Source: a virus
Length of the DNA: 64,000 nucleotides
Reading direction: 5' to 3' (one strand)
Virus record (IMG/VR): IMGVR_UViG_3300029561_000002
Span: 1-64,000 of that record
In this document: in pieces, positions 10,240 to 19,844 of the stretch
Layout: each line of letters opens with the position of its first letter
Numbering within the stretch: the stretch's first letter is position 1
Made by a program: the position numbers and the translations under genes
Notes under the pieces: generated by a model
Told to the model about the DNA's origin: nothing
Databases searched by the model: none
The model's input: the letters and a program-made list of their open reading frames with translations, nothing else

Positions 10240-10605
10240 ATGGCAGACGTTTTTATAAAAATTAATGGTGCAGCGATGCCTTGTCCGTCCTCTTTTACCT
10301 GGGGACTTCAGGATATATCAGCGTCAGAATCCGGAAGAACAGACGATACGATCATGCATAAGAATCGTGTTGGACAAAAGAGGAAACTGGAAATCGGCTG
10401 GAATGCGCCAGAATGGGAAAAAGCTTGCAAAATCGTACAAGCGGTCAATCCGGAGTACATTTCTGTTGAATATCCTGATCTCTTGTCTGGAAACAAACAC
10501 GAAGTCCGAACCTTTTATGTTGGCGACCGGTCCGCTCCTTTTAAGTGTTGGTGGATTGGGAATCAACGAATGGAAGGATTGCAATTTGACCTGATCGAAC
10601 AGTAG
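10240..10605 (+). CDS. Putative tail component (distal-tail position)
   Basis: First gene after the island and immediately upstream of the tail fibre gene. The call rests on position only. Confidence 0.4.
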   Translation: MADVFIKINGAAMPCPSSFTWGLQDISASESGRTDDTIMHKNRVGQKRKLEIGWNAPEWEKACKIVQAVNPEYISVEYPDLLSGNKHEVRTFYVGDRSAPFKCWWIGNQRMEGLQFDLIEQ

Positions 10606-10616
10606 GAGGTGAGAGA

Positions 10617-13600
10617 TTGAGAGATATTTCAAACAGATTCAAGAATGAACAGGATAACGATAACAGGAATTATTTAAAATACGCAGACATAACGCTGACG
10701 GATGGAACAATTATCAATCTTACCAACGCTGATTTTTGGTCAAACGGTATGAAGTTTGAGGATTCCGTGTCTGACGACAACGTTTTCAAGATCGGGTCCG
10801 CAAATATCAACACATTGAATCTGTCAATCAATAACTTTGACGGAAAGTATACAGATTATGATTTTACAGATGCTACGGTGATCTGCTATGTAGGAATTGA
10901 ACTTGAGCCAGAAGATACCAGTGCATTGCTCGATACCACCGGCGATAAGATTCTGGATACGACCGGTAATGAAATCATAGTACATAAGAATGCTTTGATA
11001 GAAAAAATCCGAATATGCACAATGACGGTCATAGATACTCCGTACCAGAATACTACGATCATCGAACTACAATGTGAAGATAACATGCGGAAGTTCGACC
11101 GTGATTATTCAGCAAGTAAGCTGAAGTATCCAGCAACAAGGAAACAAATAATACAGGATGCTTGCAAAGTGTGCGGAGTAACACTGGACACGCTTAATTT
11201 CTATCAAGATTCTTATCAGATACCAGCAAGGCCCGATGATGAGGCGCTGACCTTCAGACAAGTTATAGCATGGGTATGTCAGATCGGATGCCAGTACGCC
11301 AGATGCGATAAATACGGCAGATTGACTATAAAATGGTATGATACGGAAATTGCTGATGCGGACAGAGTAGTTATAAAATCCACTAATGGTTTTACCCCGA
11401 ACCTGGACGATGTAGTGATAACTGGTGTGCAGGTAACAGAGTATCTGGAATCTACGTCTAAAGATGAAGAAGCAAGTTCGTATCTGTACGGAGAAGAAGG
11501 ATATGTTCTGAAAATCAGTGAAAACAAACTGATTCCGCAAGGAACCGGAGAGGTTGTTGCAAGTATAATCGGTGAAAAATGCGTCGGGATGTCTTTCCGG
11601 CCGTTTGAAACGGAATGTTTGACCGATATAGTTCTCGAAGCCGGTGATGCTGTTTTGATCACCGACCGAAAAGGGAAAAAGTATAAAAGCTTTTTGACAA
11701 ATGTCGTGCTGCAACCAGGGTCGTTTGAGCAGATTTCCTGTAATGCTGAAAGTGCAGCCCGGAATAGCTCAAAGACCTATTCACTTGTAACACAAGCAGC
11801 TGTCGACGCAAGGAAATCCGTTTGGAGAGAGCGAACCACCCGAGAGCAAGCATTGCAAGAGTTTAAAGACCGGCTGGACAATTCCACCGGTGTTTATACC
11901 ACGGTCCAGACTCAGCAGGACGGTAGCCAAATTTTTTATTTGCATGATAAACCCACACTTGCAGAATCGCAGGCTGTATGGAAGATGACCGCAGAAGCAT
12001 GGGGCGTTTCGACAGATGGTGGTCAAACATGGAACGGCGGAATGACCGTTGATGGAGATACGATAGTAAGGATTTTGAACGCTGTTGGTGTTAATGCTGA
12101 CTGGATTAACGCCGGAGCAATCACGGTAACAGATGCCGACGGAAACATCATCTTCTCTGTGGATATGGACACGAAATCCGTATATCTCGACGGAAGTGTT
12201 CAAATTGGTGGAGGAAAATCTCTTAACCAAACATTTGCAAACTATCTCCAAGAAAGCAAGGATTATTCAGACGGAAAACTATCTGACTACGCTGAAACGG
12301 TAACTGGCTCACTGGGAGAATTGCAAGACCAGATAGACGGTCAGATTGAAACATTCTATTACGATTATGAACCTACACTTCAGAACAAACCTGCATCAGA
12401 CTGGACTACTAAAGAAGAAAGACAAAAGCATGAAGGAGACTTGTTCTTTTGGAAACCGAATAAAGAAACTGGCGAAGGCGGATATGCTTATCGGTTCTTT
12501 TATGATTCGACCGTAGGTAAATGGGAATGGGTTCTTGTACAGGACACAGATATCACAAAAGCTCTTGCGGCGGCTCAAAATGCACAGGATACCGCAGATC
12601 ATAAGCGCAGAGTGTTCGTGACAAAACCGCAGCCACCTTACGATATCGGTGATTTATGGTCGCAGAGTGAAGATGAAGGTGGAGATATCCTTACCTGTAC
12701 AGTTTCAAGAGCAAAGGGAGCATCTTATGTTCAGTCGGATTGGCAGAAGCTGAATAAATATACCGATGATACAAAAGCAGAAGAGGCCCTTGAGGCTGCA
12801 TCCCTAGCCAGAAACATGACCATGCAGCTTGATAACGACTATCAAGGCATCCCGGTTGACAGCGACGGTAACTATACAGAGTTCCCGGAGTGCACCACAA
12901 CAGCGACCGTTATGTACGGTACACAGGACATCACGAATAACTGTACGTATACGATTACGACATCCCAGAATATACAGGGAAGTTGGGACAAGGAAAACAA
13001 AACCTATACTGTCACCGGGCTGACCGCAGACAGCGGATGGGTGAACATCAAAGCCGCATATCTGAATAACCTTGTCGTATCGAAACAGTTCTCACTTGCG
13101 AAACAGTACGCCGGACCACAGGGAATCCCGGGTGTCGGACAGGATGGCAAGACGACCTACCTGCATATTAGATATGCTCCTGTTCAGAACCCAACGGCGG
13201 CACAGATGAGTAAGACACCAAACAAGTACATCGGAACTTATACGGACTTTTCCGGCGTTGACAGTACCGACCCGACAAAGTACACATGGGCCAAGTTTGA
13301 AGGCGACCAAGGAGTGCAAGGCCCGAAAGGGGCGGACGGAAAGACACCGTACTTCCATATCGCTTACGCCAACAGTGCGGATGGAAAAACCGGCTTCTCT
13401 GTGGATGATAGCGTCAATAAGCTGTATATCGGGCAGTACACCGATTACACGCCGAATAACAGCACTGACCCGACAAAATACAGTTGGACGAAAATCAAAG
13501 GCGAGCAGGGAAATGCCGGAAGGACTTACTTCTTCCAGAGTAATGCAGATGTGTTACTGATGGGGGCAGATAAGAAGATAACACCGGCGCCGCTCATTGT

Positions 13601-14873
13601 GGATTCGTTCTACAGGGATGGAAACGGCGAAGTTGCACAGTCACAAAAAGGTTGGTGGAAACTTGAAAAATCCACCGACAACGGCGCTACATGGTCAGCG
13701 CTCACGGTATCACAGACTGCGGCACTTGACCGTTTGAGTGTTAATGTCAACGGACTGTCACTCAAGGCACATGACATGCTCAAGGTTTCACTGTATTTTG
13801 ACCAGTCGAAAACGAAACTTGCGGACTACCAGACATATTCCGTTGCGGTCGATGTGGCGTCACTGACACAGGAACAGATAGTTGATATCCTATCAGACGG
13901 CGGAAAGTTCAAGGGTCTGTATTATGGCAAGGATGAGAGTGGAAACGCGACGCTGTATATTTCGTTCAATGCCGCAAAAGGTGGAACACTTGCACTCGGC
14001 GGACAGAATGACGGAAACGGCTTGGTGAAAATATACGATAGCAGTGGAAGTTTGATTTTAACCATTGGGCAAAATGGAATAGAAACCAGAGCAACGACGC
14101 TGACCAATAAAAATGCAAATGGTAAAATTGCATTTAACAAGAAAGGCTTGACATTTGTTCAGGATATAGCGGGCGGTGGTACAAGTTCAGGCAACGACTT
14201 GCATCTTGAAAAAAGCATAATTTCATTTGATTCACTTGCTAACGTCATAGGTGAGCTCGACAAGCTAACAGTTAGGGGAGATGCAAAAGCAGAAGGCAGA
14301 CTCCTTTTTTACGACTATGAAAATCAAAGCAAAAAAGCGAGTGGAGCGAAAGCGGTAACAAGACAGCCTGTAGCGTCTGTTACTGCCGATACTAACCGAG
14401 TAGCTTTTTTGAGTTCTGACTATCACGCAAATGGATATGGAGCCGGTACCGAACATGGTAGTTACCGCCTTGGCGTAAAAGCGCAGTGGGGCGGCAGCTC
14501 TTATGAAACGCATTATATTTATTCGAACCTGGCTGTTTCCGACATCCGCCTAAAAGAAAACGTTAAAAACAGCGAAACAGACGCCCTCGAAACGGTCAAT
14601 CGCATGAAAGTCCGTCAATTCGATTGGAAAGAGCGGATGGGCGGATGGCATCAGGATATCGGTTTCGTGGCGGATGAACTGGAAGAAATCGACCCGAACT
14701 TGGCACTGGGCGGCGGATATGACGAAAACGGTGAGATGGACATTAAGCAGATTAATAGCCAGTACTTGCTGAACTACGCCATTAAAGCCATACAGGAACT
14801 TAGTGCAAAGGTTGACGAGCAAGAAAAACGTATCAAGGAATTAGAAAGGAGATTACAAAATGGCAAAGTTTAA
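10617..14873 (+). CDS. Tail fibre / minor structural protein with C-terminal intramolecular chaperone (peptidase S74-like)
   Basis: 1418 aa, TTG start after AGGAGG. Two ~65-aa repeats (G.QG..G.DGKT.Y.HI.Y........YIG.YTD....DSTDPTKY.W.K..G.QG). C-terminus SDIRLKENV...MKVRQFDWKE...GFVADELEEIDP plus a coiled coil. Confidence 0.75.
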   Translation: MRDISNRFKNEQDNDNRNYLKYADITLTDGTIINLTNADFWSNGMKFEDSVSDDNVFKIGSANINTLNLSINNFDGKYTDYDFTDATVICYVGIELEPEDTSALLDTTGDKILDTTGNEIIVHKNALIEKIRICTMTVIDTPYQNTTIIELQCEDNMRKFDRDYSASKLKYPATRKQIIQDACKVCGVTLDTLNFYQDSYQIPARPDDEALTFRQVIAWVCQIGCQYARCDKYGRLTIKWYDTEIADADRVVIKSTNGFTPNLDDVVITGVQVTEYLESTSKDEEASSYLYGEEGYVLKISENKLIPQGTGEVVASIIGEKCVGMSFRPFETECLTDIVLEAGDAVLITDRKGKKYKSFLTNVVLQPGSFEQISCNAESAARNSSKTYSLVTQAAVDARKSVWRERTTREQALQEFKDRLDNSTGVYTTVQTQQDGSQIFYLHDKPTLAESQAVWKMTAEAWGVSTDGGQTWNGGMTVDGDTIVRILNAVGVNADWINAGAITVTDADGNIIFSVDMDTKSVYLDGSVQIGGGKSLNQTFANYLQESKDYSDGKLSDYAETVTGSLGELQDQIDGQIETFYYDYEPTLQNKPASDWTTKEERQKHEGDLFFWKPNKETGEGGYAYRFFYDSTVGKWEWVLVQDTDITKALAAAQNAQDTADHKRRVFVTKPQPPYDIGDLWSQSEDEGGDILTCTVSRAKGASYVQSDWQKLNKYTDDTKAEEALEAASLARNMTMQLDNDYQGIPVDSDGNYTEFPECTTTATVMYGTQDITNNCTYTITTSQNIQGSWDKENKTYTVTGLTADSGWVNIKAAYLNNLVVSKQFSLAKQYAGPQGIPGVGQDGKTTYLHIRYAPVQNPTAAQMSKTPNKYIGTYTDFSGVDSTDPTKYTWAKFEGDQGVQGPKGADGKTPYFHIAYANSADGKTGFSVDDSVNKLYIGQYTDYTPNNSTDPTKYSWTKIKGEQGNAGRTYFFQSNADVLLMGADKKITPAPLIVDSFYRDGNGEVAQSQKGWWKLEKSTDNGATWSALTVSQTAALDRLSVNVNGLSLKAHDMLKVSLYFDQSKTKLADYQTYSVAVDVASLTQEQIVDILSDGGKFKGLYYGKDESGNATLYISFNAAKGGTLALGGQNDGNGLVKIYDSSGSLILTIGQNGIETRATTLTNKNANGKIAFNKKGLTFVQDIAGGGTSSGNDLHLEKSIISFDSLANVIGELDKLTVRGDAKAEGRLLFYDYENQSKKASGAKAVTRQPVASVTADTNRVAFLSSDYHANGYGAGTEHGSYRLGVKAQWGGSSYETHYIYSNLAVSDIRLKENVKNSETDALETVNRMKVRQFDWKERMGGWHQDIGFVADELEEIDPNLALGGGYDENGEMDIKQINSQYLLNYAIKAIQELSAKVDEQEKRIKELERRLQNGKV

Positions 14874-15318
14874 TGAGTACCCACAGAAAGCAACACCGGA
14901 AGATGCGGATACATTGATGATTTATGATACGGTGACGAAGACAAACAAGCTTTCACCGTTCAGCGGAATCTGGAACTGGATTGTCAGGAAACTGACCAAT
15001 GCAGTCATCAGCAACTTGCAGACGAGCAATCAGACGGTACTGGGGGCGATTAATGAATTAAATAGTAAGCCCTTTCTGAGGTACGAAAAAGCATTTGGCG
15101 AATCGCTTACTATCAAAAATGTACGTGCTGCCACTCATGGATTAATCATAATCGAGAAAGCGATGGTTGTTTTCTACCTCGGAGGTTCTATCAATATTGG
15201 TTATACCGTGACCACATCAGCACTTCCGGACGGTATCACTGTCAGCAATTCGGATAGGACCGTAACAATAAAATCGACAAAAACTCAGGTGATCACATGC
15301 TTTTATGCTTTTTTATAA
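14860..15318 (+). CDS. Hypothetical tail-associated protein
   Basis: Overlaps the tail fibre stop. No TM segment, so not a holin. Confidence 0.4.
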   Translation: MAKFNEYPQKATPEDADTLMIYDTVTKTNKLSPFSGIWNWIVRKLTNAVISNLQTSNQTVLGAINELNSKPFLRYEKAFGESLTIKNVRAATHGLIIIEKAMVVFYLGGSINIGYTVTTSALPDGITVSNSDRTVTIKSTKTQVITCFYAFL

Positions 15319-15381
15319 TTTTCCTCTTCCCATTTAGTTGATTAAGAAACTTTGAAAATTTCATAAAAAGGAGTTGATGAA

Positions 15382-16797
15382 TTGGAAATTAAAGGAATTG
15401 ACGTATCATCCAATCAAGGAAAACCAGACTGGGCGAAAGTAGCTAAATCTGGTATTAAATTTGCGATTTTGAGAGTGCATCAGAAAGCCGGTATTGACGG
15501 CTCATTCGAGTACAACTACAAAGGTTCTAAGAGCAACGGAATCCTTATCGGCGGGTACAAGTATTCATACGCTCTGACACCGGCACAGGCTATTGACGAA
15601 GCGGAGGATGTGATCGCCGCACTGAACGGACGTGGACTGGACTTTCCAGTATTCTACGACCTTGAGTGGTCTAATCAGCGGAAACTCGGCAAGCAGGCTA
15701 TTGAGAACATTGCAGTTGCATTTCTGGTAAGGATGAAAAAAGCCGGTTATAAGGTCGGTATATACTGCAATCTGGACTGGTACAACAACGTTCTGACTGA
15801 TGCACTCAGAAAGTATGAGTGCTGGATTGCACGTTATCCGGCCAGCGACAATGGTTCCGTACAAGAAAGGTTACGTCCGTCTGTCGGTGTAGGCTGGCAG
15901 TATTCAAGCAAAGGAAAAGTATCCGGCATCAGCGGAAATGTTGATATGGATGTATTCTACAAGGACTATAGAGGAACGACACAGAAAGGAGAAACAACAA
16001 TGGTAAAAATCAGTAACTGTGGACATGACGAAAACGGAAGATATGCAGGTGGAAAAGCAGGAGATCAGACCGGTACAGAGTATCAGATCATGAACTGGTA
16101 CAGCAGACCGTGGCTCTGTGTTCTAAGATTCAATGACGCTAAAATCGCAGCCATGATCGCAGACATGGCGACAAAAGCGGCACGGAACAATCTCATAGGT
16201 TACGATCAGGGTACTGCCGGGAACAGCAATGACCGGTATACGTTCTGGCAGCACCTGAAGGCAAGTAACTACGATCCGGCGCAGATCACGGTAGCTTGCG
16301 AATCTGATTGCAGCGCAAGTACAGCTGCTATCGTCAAGGGCGCTGGATATCGCCTGAATAACGCAAAGCTCAAAGCAGTCAGCATTTATCTGACGACACG
16401 AAACATGAGGGCCGCAATGAAGGCTGCTGGTGCGAAAGTCCTGACGGACAGCAAGTACCTGACATCCGGTGACTATCTGAAGGCGGGAGATATCCTCTTG
16501 AACGATAACCACCACGTAGCTATCGCTGTTACCACCGGTGCAAAAGCAAGTACACCTTCAGCAACACTCACCGGCACCTTCCAGACAAGGCTTCCGATTC
16601 TGAGAAAAGGCAGTTCCGGAACAGCTGTGGCAATGCTTCAGGCGATGCTGGGAGTGGAAGTTGACGGACAGTTCGGGAATGACACATATAATTCCCTCAA
16701 AGTTTTCCAGAAAAATGTTGGTGTAAAGGCAAATGGAACTTGCGGCATTGATACATGGAAGAGAGTGATTGAGCATATGAAAGCCAACACGAAATGA
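15382..16797 (+). CDS. Endolysin: GH25 muramidase + central domain + PG_binding_1
   Basis: N-terminus GIDVSSNQGKPDWAKVAKSGIKFAILRV is GH25-like. C-terminus GSSGTAVAMLQAMLGVEVDGQFGNDTYNSLKVFQ is a peptidoglycan-binding repeat. Confidence 0.85.
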   Translation: MEIKGIDVSSNQGKPDWAKVAKSGIKFAILRVHQKAGIDGSFEYNYKGSKSNGILIGGYKYSYALTPAQAIDEAEDVIAALNGRGLDFPVFYDLEWSNQRKLGKQAIENIAVAFLVRMKKAGYKVGIYCNLDWYNNVLTDALRKYECWIARYPASDNGSVQERLRPSVGVGWQYSSKGKVSGISGNVDMDVFYKDYRGTTQKGETTMVKISNCGHDENGRYAGGKAGDQTGTEYQIMNWYSRPWLCVLRFNDAKIAAMIADMATKAARNNLIGYDQGTAGNSNDRYTFWQHLKASNYDPAQITVACESDCSASTAAIVKGAGYRLNNAKLKAVSIYLTTRNMRAAMKAAGAKVLTDSKYLTSGDYLKAGDILLNDNHHVAIAVTTGAKASTPSATLTGTFQTRLPILRKGSSGTAVAMLQAMLGVEVDGQFGNDTYNSLKVFQKNVGVKANGTCGIDTWKRVIEHMKANTK

Positions 16798-17019
16798 TGT
16801 TCTGATTGATTTATCATTCAAAACAGGTTATACTACCAATAGTCGCACAGGGATTGAACTTATGATGTATAATATCCTGTGTGGCTACGCACAAGTGAAG
16901 AGTGCAGACTGATTCTGCCGTGCATGAACGGAAGAGCTGTATGTCCCCGATGGGGCTGTTAGCAGCGGCACGAGTGGACAGTCAAAGAAAGAGTTGGGCA
17001 TAAAAACCCGACTCTTTTC

Positions 17020-17721
17020 TTACTCTTCGAGATATTTTTGATATATCTGTTCTATTTCTCTTTTTCGGTTCTGTGATATTGAAACGATATCACCGGAAAT
17101 CATCTTGATGTCAGATGCAATGTTTGCGATGTAATCCATGTTTACGATATAACTGCGGTGACACCGGACAAAACGCCGATCCAGAACTTTTTCTATCTCA
17201 TGCAGACGCCGGTAAAAGCCGTACTGATGCCTGTCCGTGCAATGAATGATGCACATTTGACCACGGCTTTCTATATATTCGATGTTTCTGAAGAAAACCC
17301 TGTGGAAATCACCTTTGAATTTTACAGTAAGCATCCGTTCTTTCAATCTTCCGAGCGTAGTATCAATTACGGAAAACACCCTTCCATTTTCATGCCCTTT
17401 GATAACATACTGCGCTGCCCGAACGTCAAAAGCATCACGCATATAACTGCCACTAACTGTCCAGAACATCAAACTGCCGGAGTAACCAGAGCCACGTAAC
17501 TTATATGCTACATCAACACCATTTTCACCGTCTTTTAAAATGATATCCAACACGATTAAGTCAAACCATTCACCGTCTTTCACGTCATCCACAAGAGGGA
17601 TGCCAGAGGTGTATTCTGAAATCTGATACGTCCGGTCACCCTTTTTCTTCAAAAATGACTCGGCCCTTGCTTTGAAATAATCAATGTCAAGCTGATTGTC
17701 GTCAAGTATTGCTATTCGCAT
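17020..17721 (-). CDS. LytR/AgrA-family response regulator (receiver + LytTR DNA-binding domain)
   Basis: Receiver motifs: RIAILDDN and DLIVLDI (phosphoacceptor Asp). LytTR domain: FFRNIEYIESRGQ...RCHRSYIVNMDYI. Confidence 0.85.
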   Translation of the reverse strand: MRIAILDDNQLDIDYFKARAESFLKKKGDRTYQISEYTSGIPLVDDVKDGEWFDLIVLDIILKDGENGVDVAYKLRGSGYSGSLMFWTVSGSYMRDAFDVRAAQYVIKGHENGRVFSVIDTTLGRLKERMLTVKFKGDFHRVFFRNIEYIESRGQMCIIHCTDRHQYGFYRRLHEIEKVLDRRFVRCHRSYIVNMDYIANIASDIKMISGDIVSISQNRKREIEQIYQKYLEE

Positions 17722-17954
17722 TTATATCACACCCTTTTTTTTTATTATGCGAAAACACACTATTTATTCAATTTACCAATTTTTATAGTGAAATGTTGTA
17801 GAATATATAATGTAGATGATGTTTATACAGACATTATACTACAGCAGTTTAATACTGTAAATGGGCTGAATTGCCGGAAATTTATCAAAGCTGCTCTCCT
17901 GTGATAAAAAAAGTGCTTAAATATCCGGCGGTCAGTCCATAAAAGATAGGTGAT

Positions 17955-18380
17955 TTGATGAAACAAAAAACGAAAATACTCTTAATATTGATACTCACAG
18001 CCGCATTGATAAACACTAGCGTTCGTTACATGCTTGTTGAGTTTCCAAACGTACAGGAAAGCGTGCATCTAGCGAACACCCAGAAACATGCTTCAGACGT
18101 GCGCAGAGCAGCCCATATTAGTGTGCCAGTATATCACACGCAAGGCATTGTTTGCAAAAGCATAATTTATTCTGCGATCACGAAGTTTATATTTGAGAAT
18201 ACAAAGATTCTGATCTATATCTGGCAATTCCCGAGAGCAAATATTTTTGTCACAGTCCGTACTATTGCATTGATGTGGGAGTATAGTGAAAACAGAACAA
18301 ATGTTGGAACAATATTTCCCACTAACCGAACATATATTATTGTACAAAGCTGGTCGGGAGGTATGGTTTATGGACTATAA
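17955..18380 (+). CDS. Hypothetical protein with N-terminal TM/signal segment (weak)
   Basis: AGGTGA RBS. Only the N-terminus looks protein-like; the rest may be non-coding or decayed. Confidence 0.2.
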   Translation: MMKQKTKILLILILTAALINTSVRYMLVEFPNVQESVHLANTQKHASDVRRAAHISVPVYHTQGIVCKSIIYSAITKFIFENTKILIYIWQFPRANIFVTVRTIALMWEYSENRTNVGTIFPTNRTYIIVQSWSGGMVYGL

Positions 18381-18489
18381 GAAAGAAATTATTAGTATGA
18401 TACAAAAGATAGAAAGTGTAAGATTCTTGGCGATGATTTATAGCTTTACACATACTCTTTTTGAGAAAGAAAAGAAGCAGGGAGATTAA
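18370..18489 (+). CDS. Small hypothetical protein (39 aa)
   Basis: GGGAGG RBS 8 nt upstream. Ends within the bidirectional terminator. Confidence 0.3.
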   Translation: MDYKKEIISMIQKIESVRFLAMIYSFTHTLFEKEKKQGD

Positions 18490-18504
18490 TCCCTGCTTCT
18501 TTCT
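18474..18504. terminator. Bidirectional terminator between convergent genes
   Basis: Stem GAAGCAGGGA/TCCCTGCTTC with a 6-nt loop and T-rich flanks. Confidence 0.6.
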
Positions 18505-18862
18505 ATTTGGCGAATCTTTCAATGAACTTCCAAAACAATTCTTTGTCTTCTGATGATAATTGATAGTATTTCATAATAGCTTCTTTTGCCTTGGAATCCT
18601 CAGTGCCTATTTCAGCACATATAGAAGAGAAATCTTTGTCCAATTTTAGATCCTTGGGTAATTCTCCTTTATTGATCCAGTCTTCGTTAATCCCGAATGC
18701 TTGGCAAATATCTTTGATAACGCTTTTACTTGGATTAGCATTGTCGTCATTCAAAAGTTTCCAAACATACTGAGGAGTTTTTCTAATTGCTTTCCCTATC
18801 TCAGTTTGGGATTTTTGACTTTCCAAAAGTACCTCTCGGACTCTAATGAGAACGTCCGTCAT
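18503..18862 (-). CDS. XRE-family HTH repressor (CI-like)
   Basis: HTH: SQTEIGKAIRKTPQYVWKLLND. GGAGGTGAGG RBS before the ATG at 18862. Divergent from the early operon. Confidence 0.7.
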   Translation of the reverse strand: MTDVLIRVREVLLESQKSQTEIGKAIRKTPQYVWKLLNDDNANPSKSVIKDICQAFGINEDWINKGELPKDLKLDKDFSSICAEIGTEDSKAKEAIMKYYQLSSEDKELFWKFIERFAK

Positions 18863-18916
18863 TTCCTCACCTCCCAATATCATAATACATCTTAGAGAAA
18901 GAAAAGTCAATAAAAA

Positions 18917-18969
18917 TTTAAACTGAGTTTAAAGTTATGCTTGACAGATAAACTGAGTTGTAGTAATAT
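18917..18969 (+). promoter_or_regulatory. Early promoter with repeated operator-like boxes
   Basis: TTGACA (18941-46), 17 nt spacer, TAATAT (18964-69). TAAACTGAGTT occurs twice (18919-29 region and 18949-59); the first copy sits inside the near-palindrome TTTAAACTGAGTTTAAA. Confidence 0.5.
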
Positions 18970-19029
18970 TAAACCAAGTTGAAAAACTGACGCAAAAAAA
19001 ACAACTCACTAAACAGAAAGGAGAAAAAT

Positions 19030-19185
19030 ATGGAAGTATTAAAAAACAAAGATATTGAAGACGGAAAACGAATTGCCGATATTTTCGCAACATTATCAGA
19101 AGAAAACAAAAATATGGCAATCGTTTATTTGTCAGCCCTTAGAGATAAGGAAATTGCCGATTCCAGTAAAAAGGAGGTAAATTAG
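19030..19185 (+). CDS. Small early protein (51 aa)
   Basis: AAAGGAG RBS. First ORF downstream of the early promoter. Below the ORF-track cutoff. Confidence 0.4.
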   Translation: MEVLKNKDIEDGKRIADIFATLSEENKNMAIVYLSALRDKEIADSSKKEVN

Positions 19186-19254
19186 ATGAATTTATACGAT
19201 GTAGCGCTTTTCTTTTCTATTGCAGCAATCATTTTAAATATAATCACTTTTTTC

Positions 19255-19794
19255 TTAAATCGAAAGTAAATCTTTGCTTTCTTTTGGTATTTGAAGAGTA
19301 TATATTTTATTCTTCTTGTTTGTGATTATTTTTAATGTGATAAAATCTTTGCTCAATTTAATATTAGCAGGAATGTCAAACAGGACAATTTCAAATATTC
19401 CTTGTGATGGTTGCAAAGAGATTGGAAAATCCGCACTGAATATTCTTTCAGTGATGGGAATATCTGTTTCATTATACTTTGGATAATAACGTTCAGCAAC
19501 CCACCTATGGGTTAGAACACATGAATACGAAGCGCGATGATTTAAAAGTAAAGAAACTCTGGTAATAATTATAGGAGAAGATGAATTGTTCTGAAAGATT
19601 AAACCTAGTTTGATAGACTTTTTGTTTTCTACATTTAAAGTGCACAGTGTTTCCAATGAAACAGAAATATTTGTTCGTTTACTCCAAAGTGAATGAATGA
19701 ATTGAAATAGAGAAAGAACAAATCCTGCGATCGCAATAACGGTTGTAAGCAAAGACTTATTTTCTACAACAAATTTAACAATGGTACTCAGCAT
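19255..19794 (-). CDS. Membrane-anchored protein (candidate lysogen-expressed exclusion factor)
   Basis: N-terminal TM segment LLTTVIAIAGFVLSLFQFI. GGAGG RBS. Lies opposite to the early operon, next to the repressor. Confidence 0.5.
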   Translation of the reverse strand: MLSTIVKFVVENKSLLTTVIAIAGFVLSLFQFIHSLWSKRTNISVSLETLCTLNVENKKSIKLGLIFQNNSSSPIIITRVSLLLNHRASYSCVLTHRWVAERYYPKYNETDIPITERIFSADFPISLQPSQGIFEIVLFDIPANIKLSKDFITLKIITNKKNKIYTLQIPKESKDLLSI

Positions 19795-19844
19795 AATTAA
19801 AACCTCCATTTTTTTAATTAGAGTATACCACAGAAAGGAGAAAC

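Noticed and set aside
9595-10594. Alternate-frame ORFs 9595..9885 and 10265..10594
   Set aside because: They are embedded in the better-supported Big_2 protein gene and the 10240..10605 gene, and have no start signals of their own.
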